Positions 46,736 through 56,030 of a DNA stretch of 64,000 nucleotides are shown in pieces. The DNA comes from Cyclobacteriaceae bacterium (lineage in GTDB: Bacteria > Bacteroidota > Bacteroidia > Cytophagales > Cyclobacteriaceae). A program made the translations under genes and the position numbers. The stretch covers positions 43,658 to 107,657 of the forward strand of contig JBIKRT010000004.1 in assembly GCA_044349005.1 (NCBI GenBank), in the 5' to 3' direction. The notes below the pieces were generated by a model that did no database searches, was not told the origin of the DNA, and saw only the letters and a list, made by a program, of their open reading frames with translations. Positions within the stretch are counted from its first letter, which is position 1. Each line of letters starts with the position of its first letter.

Positions 46736-47248
46736 TTAGATATCCAAATAACCTCCTGGCAAATCTACAAGCAGTTTGCGTTTTGATTTTAACACACTTG
46801 TTATGAAGGGCGCATTGATAGGAATAAGAATTTCCTTGCCAGAATTATTGACAACGACTATTAATTTGTTGAGCCCCGTCTGGATAATTTCTTTAATAAT
46901 CCCAATTATGCCCGCGGTTTCATCGGTTACTTCAAAACCGATAATTTCATCATCGTAGAAATCGCCACGCTTGAGCTTTGGCCTTGCGCTCTTTAATAAA
47001 TAAATGCTGGCGCCTTTTAGATTACTTGCAGCCTCTGGGGAATTTATGCCCTCCAATTTTAAAAAGGCTTTATCGCCTCTGTCAGATAGGTCTTCAATCG
47101 AATGGGGAATAAAAGCACCACCAACTTCGATATATAAGTCGTTTAAGTCAGTTACGTCAAAATCAGTATCCAGAATAGCGGTAACGCCCCCTTTTAGTCC
47201 ATGGGTTTTTGAGACATATCCAATTTTGAAGTAGTTATTTTGATCCAT
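46736..47248 (-). CDS. rimM: 16S rRNA processing protein RimM
   Basis: 170 aa with KIGYVSKTHGLKGGV and a C-terminal PRC-barrel-like region. Conserved rpsP-rimM-trmD-rplS order. Confidence 0.85.
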   Translation of the reverse strand: MDQNNYFKIGYVSKTHGLKGGVTAILDTDFDVTDLNDLYIEVGGAFIPHSIEDLSDRGDKAFLKLEGINSPEAASNLKGASIYLLKSARPKLKRGDFYDDEIIGFEVTDETAGIIGIIKEIIQTGLNKLIVVVNNSGKEILIPINAPFITSVLKSKRKLLVDLPGGYLDI

Positions 47249-47279
47249 AAAAAAGCCGCAAGGCTAAACGCAATGCGGC
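47249..47279 (-). terminator. Hairpin + T-run between rpsP and rimM (possible attenuator)
   Basis: Stem gccgca / tgcggc (47255-47260 / 47274-47279). On the minus strand it is followed by tttttt directly abutting the rimM ATG. Confidence 0.4.
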
Positions 47280-47307
47280 AATTTATTAATTTGTTTTTAT
47301 AGTTAGC

Positions 47308-47826
47308 TTATGCTTCTGAAGCAGGTTCTTGCTCCGCTACAGCTTCTACTACTGGCGGGGCATTAAGCGCTTCAACTTTCTTGCGAATCGCCTCGGCTTT
47401 TGCCTCTCTTACTTTAGTTTCAGCTTCTTTACGTGCCTTGGCTGCTTGTTCTTTAGCTTTTGACAACGAATCTACTTTGTTTGAAATCTTAGCGTCTTTT
47501 GCTTTTTGCCATTCGGCTAATTTAGCATCGGCTTGTTCTTGCGTAATCGCACCTTTAATTACGCCAATCTGAAGATGTCTTTTCAGAGTAATACCTCTAT
47601 AAGAAAGCATTTTTTTGACGGTTTCTGAAGGCAACGCGCCTTTCATAAGCCAATCAAATGCCTTTTGGTTATCAATATCAATTGTTGCGGGATTTGTTAT
47701 CGGGTTGTAGGTGCCAATTTTTTCAATGAATTTTCCATCACGCGGAGCGCGCGCATCTGCTACAATCACATCATACAAAGCCAATTTTTTGCGGCCTCTT
47801 CTCGATAATCTAATTCTTACTGCCAT
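47308..47826 (-). CDS. rpsP: 30S ribosomal protein S16 with long Lys/Ala/Glu-rich C-terminal extension
   Basis: MAVRIRLSRRGRKKLALYDVIVADARAPRDGKFIEKIGTYNP. About 90 extra C-terminal residues of low complexity. Confidence 0.9.
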   Translation of the reverse strand: MAVRIRLSRRGRKKLALYDVIVADARAPRDGKFIEKIGTYNPITNPATIDIDNQKAFDWLMKGALPSETVKKMLSYRGITLKRHLQIGVIKGAITQEQADAKLAEWQKAKDAKISNKVDSLSKAKEQAAKARKEAETKVREAKAEAIRKKVEALNAPPVVEAVAEQEPASEA

Positions 47827-47859
47827 TTTGTTGTGTTTTTAAGGTGTGGATCTCGTCCG

Positions 47860-47883
47860 ATTTTTAAAAGGATGGCAAAGGTA
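47860..47883 (-). promoter_or_regulatory. Promoter -7 box plus leader of rpsP (variant of the shared r-protein motif)
   Basis: The minus strand reads TACCTTTGCCATCCTTTTAAAAAT, with an exact TAnnTTTG at 47876-47883. Confidence 0.5.
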
Positions 47884-47997
47884 TGCGTTTTTCGCTTTTT
47901 AACAAGGTCCGGGGAAGAATAATAAAGCTTTTTTGGTCGGCATGGACAGATAGTTGAATAAACGGTTATTAGGTTTTTTAATATTAGCCTGCTTTTA

Positions 47998-48005
47998 TAC
48001 ATTTG
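47998..48005 (+). promoter_or_regulatory. Putative -7 promoter box (TACATTTG) for sucA
   Basis: Exact TAnnTTTG, 17 nt before the ATG at 48023. It lies inside the TTG-extended ORF, which argues against that extension. Confidence 0.5.
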
Positions 48006-48022
48006 TTAGCATTCATAAAAAT

Positions 48023-50746
48023 ATGGACAAATACTCGTACCTCTCTAATGCTGATGTTAGTTACGTTGATCAGCTTTTTCAATCCTATAAATTAAACCCT
48101 TTGTCTGTAGACATTCAATGGCAAAAGTTTTTTGAAGGATATGAGTTTTCTTCACAACGATTTGGAGAAAATGGAAATGCCATTTCAACGGATGGAGGAA
48201 ATATAAAGGAGACTTTCGTAAGAACCCTGATTTTTGCTTATCGCTCGTTTGGCCACTTAAAAGCCAATACAAATCCTGTGAGGGAAAGGAGAGATCATGG
48301 CGTTCAGTTGGATCACAAAACTTTCGGACTCACCGATGCCGATTTGGACGTAGAGTTTGACGTGGCTTCAGAAATAGGGATGCCGAAATCAAGCCTAAGA
48401 AAAATAATTGATCGCTTAAAAGTATTGTATTTAGGTTCAATTGGTTTTGAATATAATTTTATTAGGAACGATGAGGTAAGGTCTTGGTTCTTCCAAAAAA
48501 TAGAAAAGGAATACTTCAATTATTCACCTGGTATTGACGAGAAAAAGGGCATACTATCAAAGTTAAATGAAGCAGTTGTTTTTGAGAATTTTCTTCATAC
48601 AAAGTTTTTAGGCCAAAAGCGTTTTTCATTAGAAGGTGGTGAGAACACGATACCCGCCCTTCAAACTATTATCAATGCTTCAGCAGGGACGGGCGTGAAA
48701 GAAATAGTAATTGGGATGGCGCACCGGGGGCGATTAAATGTGCTTTCTAATATTTTGGGTAAAACATATGAACAGATTTTTACTGAGTTTGAAGGAAACG
48801 TAAATACCGAAGCACTGGAAGGAGATGGAGATGTAAAGTACCATTTAGGATATGCAAGTCATATCGACACGCCTTCTGGAAATAAAATATACTTGAAACT
48901 CACACCTAATCCCTCGCATTTGGAGGCCGTTAATCCTCTTGTTTTAGGTTATACCCGGGGCCAAATCGATGACGAATATAAAGGAGAGTTGAGCAAAGCC
49001 ATGGCCATCTTAATTCATGGTGATGCAGCGGTTGCAGGCCAAGGAATTGTGTACGAAGGAGTTCAAATGTCGGGGTTGGAGGGCTACACAACAGGAGGTA
49101 CAATTCACTTTGTCATCAACAATCAAATTGGTTTTACAACCGATTATGAAGATGCGCGAACTTCAATTTACTGCACTGACGTAGCCAAGATTATCGACTC
49201 GCCCGTGTTGCATGTAAACGGTGATGATGCCGAAGCAGTTAACTTCGTGTCGAAATTAGCAGTGGAGTATCGTCAAAAGTTTGGAAAGGACGTATTCATT
49301 GATATGCTTTGCTACCGCAGGCACGGGCACAATGAAAGCGATGAACCGAAGTTTACACAGCCAATTTTGTATAACTTAATCGCGAAGCATCCAAATCCTC
49401 GCGAAATTTATGTTAAGAAATTAATTGAGCGTGCGGATGTTGACGCGGCTATGGCCGATGAAATGGATAAAACGTTTCGTAATCAACTTCAAGAGAGGCT
49501 TACGGAAGTAAAGCAAAAGCCCCTGCCTTATGTGCCTCAAAAAATTGAAGAAGAATGGGAAAAAATGCACAGGGCGAAGCCAGAAGACTTTGATCAATCT
49601 CCTGAAACAGGCATTAGTGAGGTCACTTTCGAAAAGGTAGCAAAGGCGATAACTACTATTCCGGAAGGATTTAAACCCCTCAAGCAAATAGAAAAATTGT
49701 TAAAGGATAGAAAAGCAGCTTACTTTGAAACTAAGATATTGGGTTGGGCAGAAGCAGAACTTTTGGCCTATGGATCGTTGCTTTCCGAAAAAGTTCCTGT
49801 GAGGATGTCAGGGCAAGACGTAAAACGAGGAACATTTTCTCATCGCCATGCTTACTTTTTCGATTCAACCACCAACGAGCCTTATTGCGGTTTAGATCAT
49901 ATTGAGGCCGGACAATTGAAATTCCACATCTACAATTCATTGCTTTCGGAGTTTGGTGTGCTGGGTTTTGAATATGGTTACGCCATGTCTAATCCAAATG
50001 CCCTTGTTGTTTGGGAGGCTCAGTTTGGAGATTTTGTCAACGGAGCACAAGTAATGATTGACCAATTTATCTCTAGTGCAGAATCAAAATGGCAACGGAT
50101 GAACGGACTGGTCATGTTATTGCCGCATGGATATGAGGGTCAGGGACCAGAGCACTCAAGCTGTCGCCCGGAAAGGTTTTTACAACTTTCTGCGGAGTAC
50201 AATATGATAGTGGCTAACCCAACTACACCCGCTAATATCTTCCACTTGCTAAGAAGGCAAATGGCCTGGGGCTTCAGAAAGCCTTGTATTGTTTTTTCGC
50301 CTAAATCGTTGCTACGTCATCCGTTGGTTGTTTCTCCAGCGAAGGAGTTTATCAAAGGATCTTTCAAAGAGATAGTAGACGACAGCACTATTTCAACAAA
50401 AGAGGTTAAGAAAGTTGTTTTCTGTTCGGGTAAGGTTTACTATGATTTGTTGGAAGGCCAAACAAAGAAAAAGCAAAAAGACGTAGCCATTGTTAGGCTC
50501 GAACAGTTACATCCATTTCCTGAGAAACAGTTTAACTCAATCGTCAAGAAATACAAAGGAGCAAAATTGGCGTGGGTTCAAGAAGAGCCAGCTAACATGG
50601 GCTGTTGGTCGTACATAATGCGAGTTGCGCCAACTCAAAAGTTTGAGTTGATTTCGCGCAAAGCTTCGGCATCACCAGCTACGGGTTATTCTAAAGTTCA
50701 TAAAGCAGAACAAGAACGTATTGTAAATCAAGCATTAGAGATTTAA
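48023..50746 (+). CDS. sucA: 2-oxoglutarate dehydrogenase E1 component
   Basis: MDKYSYLSNADVSYVDQLFQSY N-terminus. ThDP-binding region IHGDAAVAGQGIVYE. Size about 907 aa. Confidence 0.9.
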   Translation: MDKYSYLSNADVSYVDQLFQSYKLNPLSVDIQWQKFFEGYEFSSQRFGENGNAISTDGGNIKETFVRTLIFAYRSFGHLKANTNPVRERRDHGVQLDHKTFGLTDADLDVEFDVASEIGMPKSSLRKIIDRLKVLYLGSIGFEYNFIRNDEVRSWFFQKIEKEYFNYSPGIDEKKGILSKLNEAVVFENFLHTKFLGQKRFSLEGGENTIPALQTIINASAGTGVKEIVIGMAHRGRLNVLSNILGKTYEQIFTEFEGNVNTEALEGDGDVKYHLGYASHIDTPSGNKIYLKLTPNPSHLEAVNPLVLGYTRGQIDDEYKGELSKAMAILIHGDAAVAGQGIVYEGVQMSGLEGYTTGGTIHFVINNQIGFTTDYEDARTSIYCTDVAKIIDSPVLHVNGDDAEAVNFVSKLAVEYRQKFGKDVFIDMLCYRRHGHNESDEPKFTQPILYNLIAKHPNPREIYVKKLIERADVDAAMADEMDKTFRNQLQERLTEVKQKPLPYVPQKIEEEWEKMHRAKPEDFDQSPETGISEVTFEKVAKAITTIPEGFKPLKQIEKLLKDRKAAYFETKILGWAEAELLAYGSLLSEKVPVRMSGQDVKRGTFSHRHAYFFDSTTNEPYCGLDHIEAGQLKFHIYNSLLSEFGVLGFEYGYAMSNPNALVVWEAQFGDFVNGAQVMIDQFISSAESKWQRMNGLVMLLPHGYEGQGPEHSSCRPERFLQLSAEYNMIVANPTTPANIFHLLRRQMAWGFRKPCIVFSPKSLLRHPLVVSPAKEFIKGSFKEIVDDSTISTKEVKKVVFCSGKVYYDLLEGQTKKKQKDVAIVRLEQLHPFPEKQFNSIVKKYKGAKLAWVQEEPANMGCWSYIMRVAPTQKFELISRKASASPATGYSKVHKAEQERIVNQALEI

Positions 50747-50765
50747 CTGGTTTAGATTTAATTTA

Positions 50766-52274
50766 ATGGCACAACAAGTAAAAGTACCAACCGTTGGTGA
50801 ATCGATTACCGAAGTAACCGTTGCTAACTGGCTTAAAAGCGATGGGGACGTGGTGAAAATGGACGAAGTTATTGCTGAGCTCGAATCGGACAAAGCAACC
50901 TTTGAATTAGCCGCGCCAGTAGCTGGGGCTTTAAAAATAGTAGGCAAGAAAGGTGACGTTTTAACAATAGGCCAATTGATTTGTGAAATCGAACCTTCTG
51001 CAACGAGTGCTATACCAACAAAAATTGAAACAACAACACCAATAACAAAACCAATGAGTGCAACAGGTGGAATAAAAGAAATGAAAGTGCCCCCAGTGGG
51101 CGAGTCAATTACTGAGGTAACCATTTCAACTTGGTTGAAAAAGGAAGGGGATTTTGTAAAGCTTGACGAGGTGATAGCCGAAGTTGAGTCGGACAAGGCA
51201 ACGTTTGAACTTCCCGCAGAAGCAAATGGAATTTTGCGAATTGTAGCGCAGGAAAAGACAACCCTACCCATCGGAGGTTTGATTTGTAAAATTGAAGTTA
51301 CGGAAGGCGCACCAGCGACATCACCGACTGTAGCCTCTGTTGCCGCTACGCCAGTCGCACCAGCGTCCGATAACAAATCGTATGCGGCAGGAACACCCTC
51401 GCCAGCGGCAGCAAAAATTTTGGACGAAAAAGGAATTCTTGCAACACAAGTTGACGGATCGGGAGTTGGAGGTAGAATAACTAAGGAAGATGCTGCCAAA
51501 GCGCAACCCGCTGCAAAGCCAGAGGCAAAATCAGCTGCAGCAAGCACACCACCCGTTATTGCAAGCGGGGGTCTAAGAACAGTTAGGAGAGAGAAAATGT
51601 CTTCTATACGTAAAACAATTGCTAGGCGATTAGTTGCCGTAAAAAACGAAACAGCTATGCTTACCACTTTCAATGAAGTGGACATGAAGCCGGTGATGGA
51701 ATTGCGTTCTCGTTACAAAGATCAGTTTAAGGAAAAGTATGGCGTGGGGCTTGGATTTATGTCCTTCTTTACCAAGGCAGTTTGCGTGGCTCTGAAGGAA
51801 TTCCCTGCTGTAAATGCATCGATTGATGGTGATGAAATTGTCTATCATGATTATTGCGATGTGTCCATCGCAGTATCAACTCCAAAAGGATTAGTTGTTC
51901 CTGTGATACGAAATGCGGAGGCCTTAAGTATGAACCAAGTGGAAGCTGAAATTGCTCGACTGGCTGGTCGCGGAAGAGAAGGTAAGCTTTCCATTGAGGA
52001 AATGACGGGCGGCACTTTCACCATTACCAACGGTGGCGTGTTCGGTTCGATGTTGTCAACACCTATTATTAACGCACCCCAATCTGCTATTTTAGGAATG
52101 CATAATATTGTGGAGCGGGCAGTAGTGGTAAAAGGTGAAATTGTAATCAGACCGATTATGTACGTTGCTCTTTCATATGATCATAGAATTGTGGATGGAA
52201 GAGAATCCGTTAGTTTCTTGGTGCGCGTGAAAGAAATGTTAGAAGACCCGGGAAGGTTGATTTTGGGGGTTTAA
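50766..52274 (+). CDS. sucB: Dihydrolipoyllysine-residue succinyltransferase (E2o) with two lipoyl domains
   Basis: Two ESDKATFEL lipoyl-lysine motifs (aa ~41 and ~141), Ala/Pro linkers, a subunit-binding domain and a catalytic DHRIVDG. Confidence 0.9.
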   Translation: MAQQVKVPTVGESITEVTVANWLKSDGDVVKMDEVIAELESDKATFELAAPVAGALKIVGKKGDVLTIGQLICEIEPSATSAIPTKIETTTPITKPMSATGGIKEMKVPPVGESITEVTISTWLKKEGDFVKLDEVIAEVESDKATFELPAEANGILRIVAQEKTTLPIGGLICKIEVTEGAPATSPTVASVAATPVAPASDNKSYAAGTPSPAAAKILDEKGILATQVDGSGVGGRITKEDAAKAQPAAKPEAKSAAASTPPVIASGGLRTVRREKMSSIRKTIARRLVAVKNETAMLTTFNEVDMKPVMELRSRYKDQFKEKYGVGLGFMSFFTKAVCVALKEFPAVNASIDGDEIVYHDYCDVSIAVSTPKGLVVPVIRNAEALSMNQVEAEIARLAGRGREGKLSIEEMTGGTFTITNGGVFGSMLSTPIINAPQSAILGMHNIVERAVVVKGEIVIRPIMYVALSYDHRIVDGRESVSFLVRVKEMLEDPGRLILGV

Positions 52275-52285
52275 AATTTAAACGC

Positions 52286-52726
52286 ATGAAAACAGTTAGA
52301 AAATTAAAGTTATTGATTGGTATTTCTTTTTTCGTTTCAATGCCTTTTTTTTCTAACTGCTTGGAACCCTGCCCAGAGCCTGTTGAACCCAGTCTCGGTG
52401 TGCGGTTCACTAATGTAAATTCTCCTGTTCTCTATCAAACCGCAACGGCAAAAGAAACAAAAAATGTTTTTAATAACTCAAACGGTTTTTTCTCTCTCGC
52501 GCTGTCGCTTAATCAAGATCAGTTAACCTACTTTTTTTCAAATGGTGTTAGAACGGACACCCTCACACTGTCATATAAACGGGATTTTAAATTTGAATCT
52601 GAGAGGTGTGGATTTGTATTGAATATTCTCGATCTAAAAGTTGCGAAACCTACAAGCTTCAAAAGGGTTCAAATTGAATACTACGGTAGTTTTAGCAACA
52701 ACATTGATGTTCGTATCGATGACTAG
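52286..52726 (+). CDS. Hypothetical lipoprotein (copy 2 of duplicated module)
   Basis: Lipobox FFSNC. Same Cys spacing and DTLTLSYK...RCGFVLNILDL block as the ORF at 5816-6271. Confidence 0.5.
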   Translation: MKTVRKLKLLIGISFFVSMPFFSNCLEPCPEPVEPSLGVRFTNVNSPVLYQTATAKETKNVFNNSNGFFSLALSLNQDQLTYFFSNGVRTDTLTLSYKRDFKFESERCGFVLNILDLKVAKPTSFKRVQIEYYGSFSNNIDVRIDD

Positions 52727-53342
52727 ATTAGCCCTCGTTTTTGCCCTTTTGCTAAGTTCTCTTGCAAATTGCTTTTCGCAGTCTAAGCCAAGGGATTTTT
52801 TCCTAGGTATTGATTTATTAAGATCATTGCCCATTTATTTTGATAAAGGTTTTACGTTTGAACCATCCTTAGTTTACGGAATAAAAAACGGTTTTACATT
52901 AGACGCGGCATTTGGAATCTCTGATATCTCCAAGAATGAAATTTTTGAGAATATTAAGTACAATTGCGCTGGAAATTACATTAGATTGGGAGTTAGAAAG
53001 GAACTAGGTAATCAAACAAATTTCGATGTAGGCTTAGCCGTAGGTTATAGTTATTATAAGGAGACGGGTAAAACTACTTTTGTAGGAAAGTACTTTGGTG
53101 ATTATACTTATGAGGAGTCAACTAACGATAAAATTTTCTTTATAGAACCTTCTGTCGATTATAAGTTTCAGCTACTTCCTAAACTATTTCTTATTCCACA
53201 GCTGCGGGTACCAATTCCGTTAACTGTATTTGAAAAGAAAGATTTTAAATCGTATTCAGCTCCGGGTATAGGTTATCTTATACCTTCTCCAGAGTTTTTT
53301 TTCCAACGCATTGCTGTCAGATTACTTTATAAAATTCATTAA
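52719..53342 (+). CDS. Hypothetical outer-membrane beta-barrel-like protein (copy 2 of duplicated module)
   Basis: I prefer the ATG at 52719 (MTRLALVFALLLSSLANCFSQ signal peptide) to the TTG at 52641. 8-nt overlap with the preceding gene. Strand-like alternation resembles the ORF at 6237-6989. Confidence 0.5.
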   Translation: MTRLALVFALLLSSLANCFSQSKPRDFFLGIDLLRSLPIYFDKGFTFEPSLVYGIKNGFTLDAAFGISDISKNEIFENIKYNCAGNYIRLGVRKELGNQTNFDVGLAVGYSYYKETGKTTFVGKYFGDYTYEESTNDKIFFIEPSVDYKFQLLPKLFLIPQLRVPIPLTVFEKKDFKSYSAPGIGYLIPSPEFFFQRIAVRLLYKIH

Positions 53343-53353
53343 CAACCCACATT

Positions 53354-54754
53354 ATGCAATACAACGTTATCGTAATTGGTTCAGGCCCTGGAGGCTATGT
53401 GGCCGCTATCCGAAGTGCTCAACTTGGATTTAAAACCGCGATCATAGAAAAATATCCCACATTGGGCGGCACTTGCCTTAATGTTGGATGCATTCCTTCC
53501 AAGGCATTGTTAGATTCATCCGAGCATTTCCACAACGCCACCCATACTTTTAAGGAGCATGGCATTGATATTTCTGATCCTAAGGTGAATATGCCTCAGA
53601 TGATTTCACGTAAGGCAGGTGTTGTTAAAGCCAACGTAGATGGCATTGCTTTCCTGATGAAGAAAAACAAAATAGATGTGCTTCAAGGTGTTGGCTCGTT
53701 TGTAGATAAAAACACAATCAAGATAACAGCCAGTGACGGCAAGGAAACTTCCATAACAGGCGATAAGATTATCATAGCTACAGGCTCTAAACCCACACCA
53801 CTTCCGTTTGCCCCTTTTGATAAGAAGAGAATCATATCTAGCACCGAAGCACTCGAAATAAAGGAAGTTCCAAAAAGTATGATTATCGTGGGTGGAGGTG
53901 TGATTGGGATGGAACTGGGTTCAGTTTATGCGCGGATAGGTACTAAAGTTTCGGTGGTAGAGTTTATGGACAGTTTGATTCCTACTATGGACGGAACAAT
54001 GGGCAAGGAACTTTTAAAATCGACCAAAAAGTTGGGCATGGATTTTTACCTAGGCCATAAAGTAACATCGGTAGTTAACACGGGCGATGAAGTTGTATTA
54101 AAAGCTGAACCAAAGAACGGTGGTGAAGCAATTGAATTAAAGGGAGATTATTGCTTAGTAAGTGTTGGAAGAAAGCCTTACACTGATGGATTAGGGTTGG
54201 ATAAAGTAGGAATTGAATTGGATCGTGGGAAAATTGTTGTAGACGATCATCTTAAAACCAAGGCAGATAACATCTACGCTATTGGTGATGTAGTTCGTGG
54301 TGCAATGCTTGCCCATAAGGCAGAAGAAGAAGGGGTGATGGTGGCAGAGCAAATTGCAGGACAGAAACCACACATCAATTATTTACTAATTCCCGGAGTA
54401 GTTTATACGTGGCCGGAGGTGGCCAGCGTGGGCTATACCGAAGAGCAATTAAAGGCCGATGGGAAAGCTTATAAAGTTGGGAGCTTCCCTTATAAAGCAT
54501 TAGGAAGGGCGCGCGCTAGTATGGATATGGACGGGCTGGTAAAAATTCTTGCCGATAAAAATACGGATGAAATTTTGGGAATTCATATCATCGGTGCCCG
54601 CGCGGCTGATATGATAGCCGCTGGTGTAGTGGCTATGGAATTCCGTGCGGCAGCGGAAGATGTGGCAAGAATGAGCCATGCACACCCTACTTACATGGAG
54701 GCGGTAAAAGAGGCCTGCTTAGCGGCAACCGCAAATAGACCTATTCATTTGTAG
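53354..54754 (+). CDS. lpdA: Dihydrolipoyl dehydrogenase (E3)
   Basis: FAD-binding VIVIGSGPGGY, redox-active GGTCLNVGCIPSK and C-terminal HAHPT. Confidence 0.95.
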   Translation: MQYNVIVIGSGPGGYVAAIRSAQLGFKTAIIEKYPTLGGTCLNVGCIPSKALLDSSEHFHNATHTFKEHGIDISDPKVNMPQMISRKAGVVKANVDGIAFLMKKNKIDVLQGVGSFVDKNTIKITASDGKETSITGDKIIIATGSKPTPLPFAPFDKKRIISSTEALEIKEVPKSMIIVGGGVIGMELGSVYARIGTKVSVVEFMDSLIPTMDGTMGKELLKSTKKLGMDFYLGHKVTSVVNTGDEVVLKAEPKNGGEAIELKGDYCLVSVGRKPYTDGLGLDKVGIELDRGKIVVDDHLKTKADNIYAIGDVVRGAMLAHKAEEEGVMVAEQIAGQKPHINYLLIPGVVYTWPEVASVGYTEEQLKADGKAYKVGSFPYKALGRARASMDMDGLVKILADKNTDEILGIHIIGARAADMIAAGVVAMEFRAAAEDVARMSHAHPTYMEAVKEACLAATANRPIHL

Positions 54755-55944
54755 TTTTGAAAAATTGATTTTTTGAGAACGGTTGATATGAGAACCGATC
54801 TCAACAGCATCATGAGCAAGATGGGGAATAAAAATGGATTCAGTTCTTGCGGTCGGCCAATACATAAAAGTAAGATAGATATTATTGTAATGCAGTAAGT
54901 GAAAGTAAAATAGTGGGTGACAAATCTTTTTGATTTTCCGCCTACAATAAGAAACATAGCTCCAACTAAATGTAAAGGAAACGCCCATAGCAAGTTAAAA
55001 TTTCTGGCGGCATCATGGTGATCGGTGAATGTCCAGAGCGAGGCTAGCAGAATACCAATTAAACCACAGATACCGAAAAGAATAGCATCAAACCATTTGC
55101 TTAATTTCTTTCTTTTCCAGTCGTGCCAACTGATTATCGCAGCAATCAAGAATAAAACACCAAAGGCAACCCAAGGGTGAACAAAACTGGTTGTTATTTC
55201 GACCGGTTTGGGAGTAAACACCACGTTGGTTTCAGAAGCTAAAGGCAGAAAAACCGAGTCGTTCTTAACTTTTGCTTTTGCCACGAAACTTTCAACATAA
55301 TCGGGTAGAAATAGGTATTCGTAGGCAGACATTTTTCGATCAATGGGCGAACCCAAACAGATGTCTATACCCAAATCGCCCCAAGGCAAGGGATCTAAAT
55401 ATTCATTTGTTTTTTGCCGAAATGACTGCTCTGGTTTTAAGAAAGCACTATCCCATTTTAAATCGGAGCCAAGTTGTTCTGTAAGTACATCCCTAATTTT
55501 GGTGGCGCAGTTATTATGATAATAATCGTAGCGATAGGTTTGATTTTCAGGCCTTGAGTTCCAAACTAAGAAATCAAACAGCTTTTGCTTTTGGGCTGTG
55601 GTAAGATTAAGTGTTTGCTCATGAATATAGCGGTTGTAGAAAATATACGCATCTTTAAAATCTTTATAATACGATACACCCAGTTTATAGTATAAAAATC
55701 CCTTAGCAAAGTTGAGATAGAAATTTGGCTGATTAAAGTCGAAAACGCCATAGTTGAAGGCATAATCCATTCCGTTAAGGGAATCATAAACTCTAATTGC
55801 ACTGTGGCCGAATGCGGCATACAACTCGTTAGGGTCGGGCCCTAGGGTGATTACTGATATGGTGGCCGAGGGCGATAAAATTGTATTCTGAGCTTTCGTA
55901 CACAACGAAACAAGAAGACAAGCGAATAAGATAAATTTGCGCAT
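54745..55944 (-). CDS. DUF4105-domain membrane protein
   Basis: Signal peptide. ITLGPDPNELYAAFGHSAIRVYD...NYGVFDFNQPNFYLNFAKGFLYYKL is typical of DUF4105. Several C-terminal TM helices. Confidence 0.65.
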   Translation of the reverse strand: MRKFILFACLLVSLCTKAQNTILSPSATISVITLGPDPNELYAAFGHSAIRVYDSLNGMDYAFNYGVFDFNQPNFYLNFAKGFLYYKLGVSYYKDFKDAYIFYNRYIHEQTLNLTTAQKQKLFDFLVWNSRPENQTYRYDYYHNNCATKIRDVLTEQLGSDLKWDSAFLKPEQSFRQKTNEYLDPLPWGDLGIDICLGSPIDRKMSAYEYLFLPDYVESFVAKAKVKNDSVFLPLASETNVVFTPKPVEITTSFVHPWVAFGVLFLIAAIISWHDWKRKKLSKWFDAILFGICGLIGILLASLWTFTDHHDAARNFNLLWAFPLHLVGAMFLIVGGKSKRFVTHYFTFTYCITIISILLLCIGRPQELNPFLFPILLMMLLRSVLISTVLKKSIFQNYK

Positions 55945-56030
55945 ACTTTGTTCTTGGAACTAATGCCTATTTTTACATCGGAAAGATAAAACATTCGCTT
56001 ACCAAACGATAATTTTCCAGCATTCAGTTT

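Noticed and set aside
50735-51685. 316-aa ORF antisense to sucB
   Set aside because: It lies entirely opposite the well-supported E2o gene. Its translation is low-complexity Ala/Ser/Thr/Val-rich with no motif. It is the mirror image of the Ala/Pro-rich linker and lipoyl regions. It has no independent start context.
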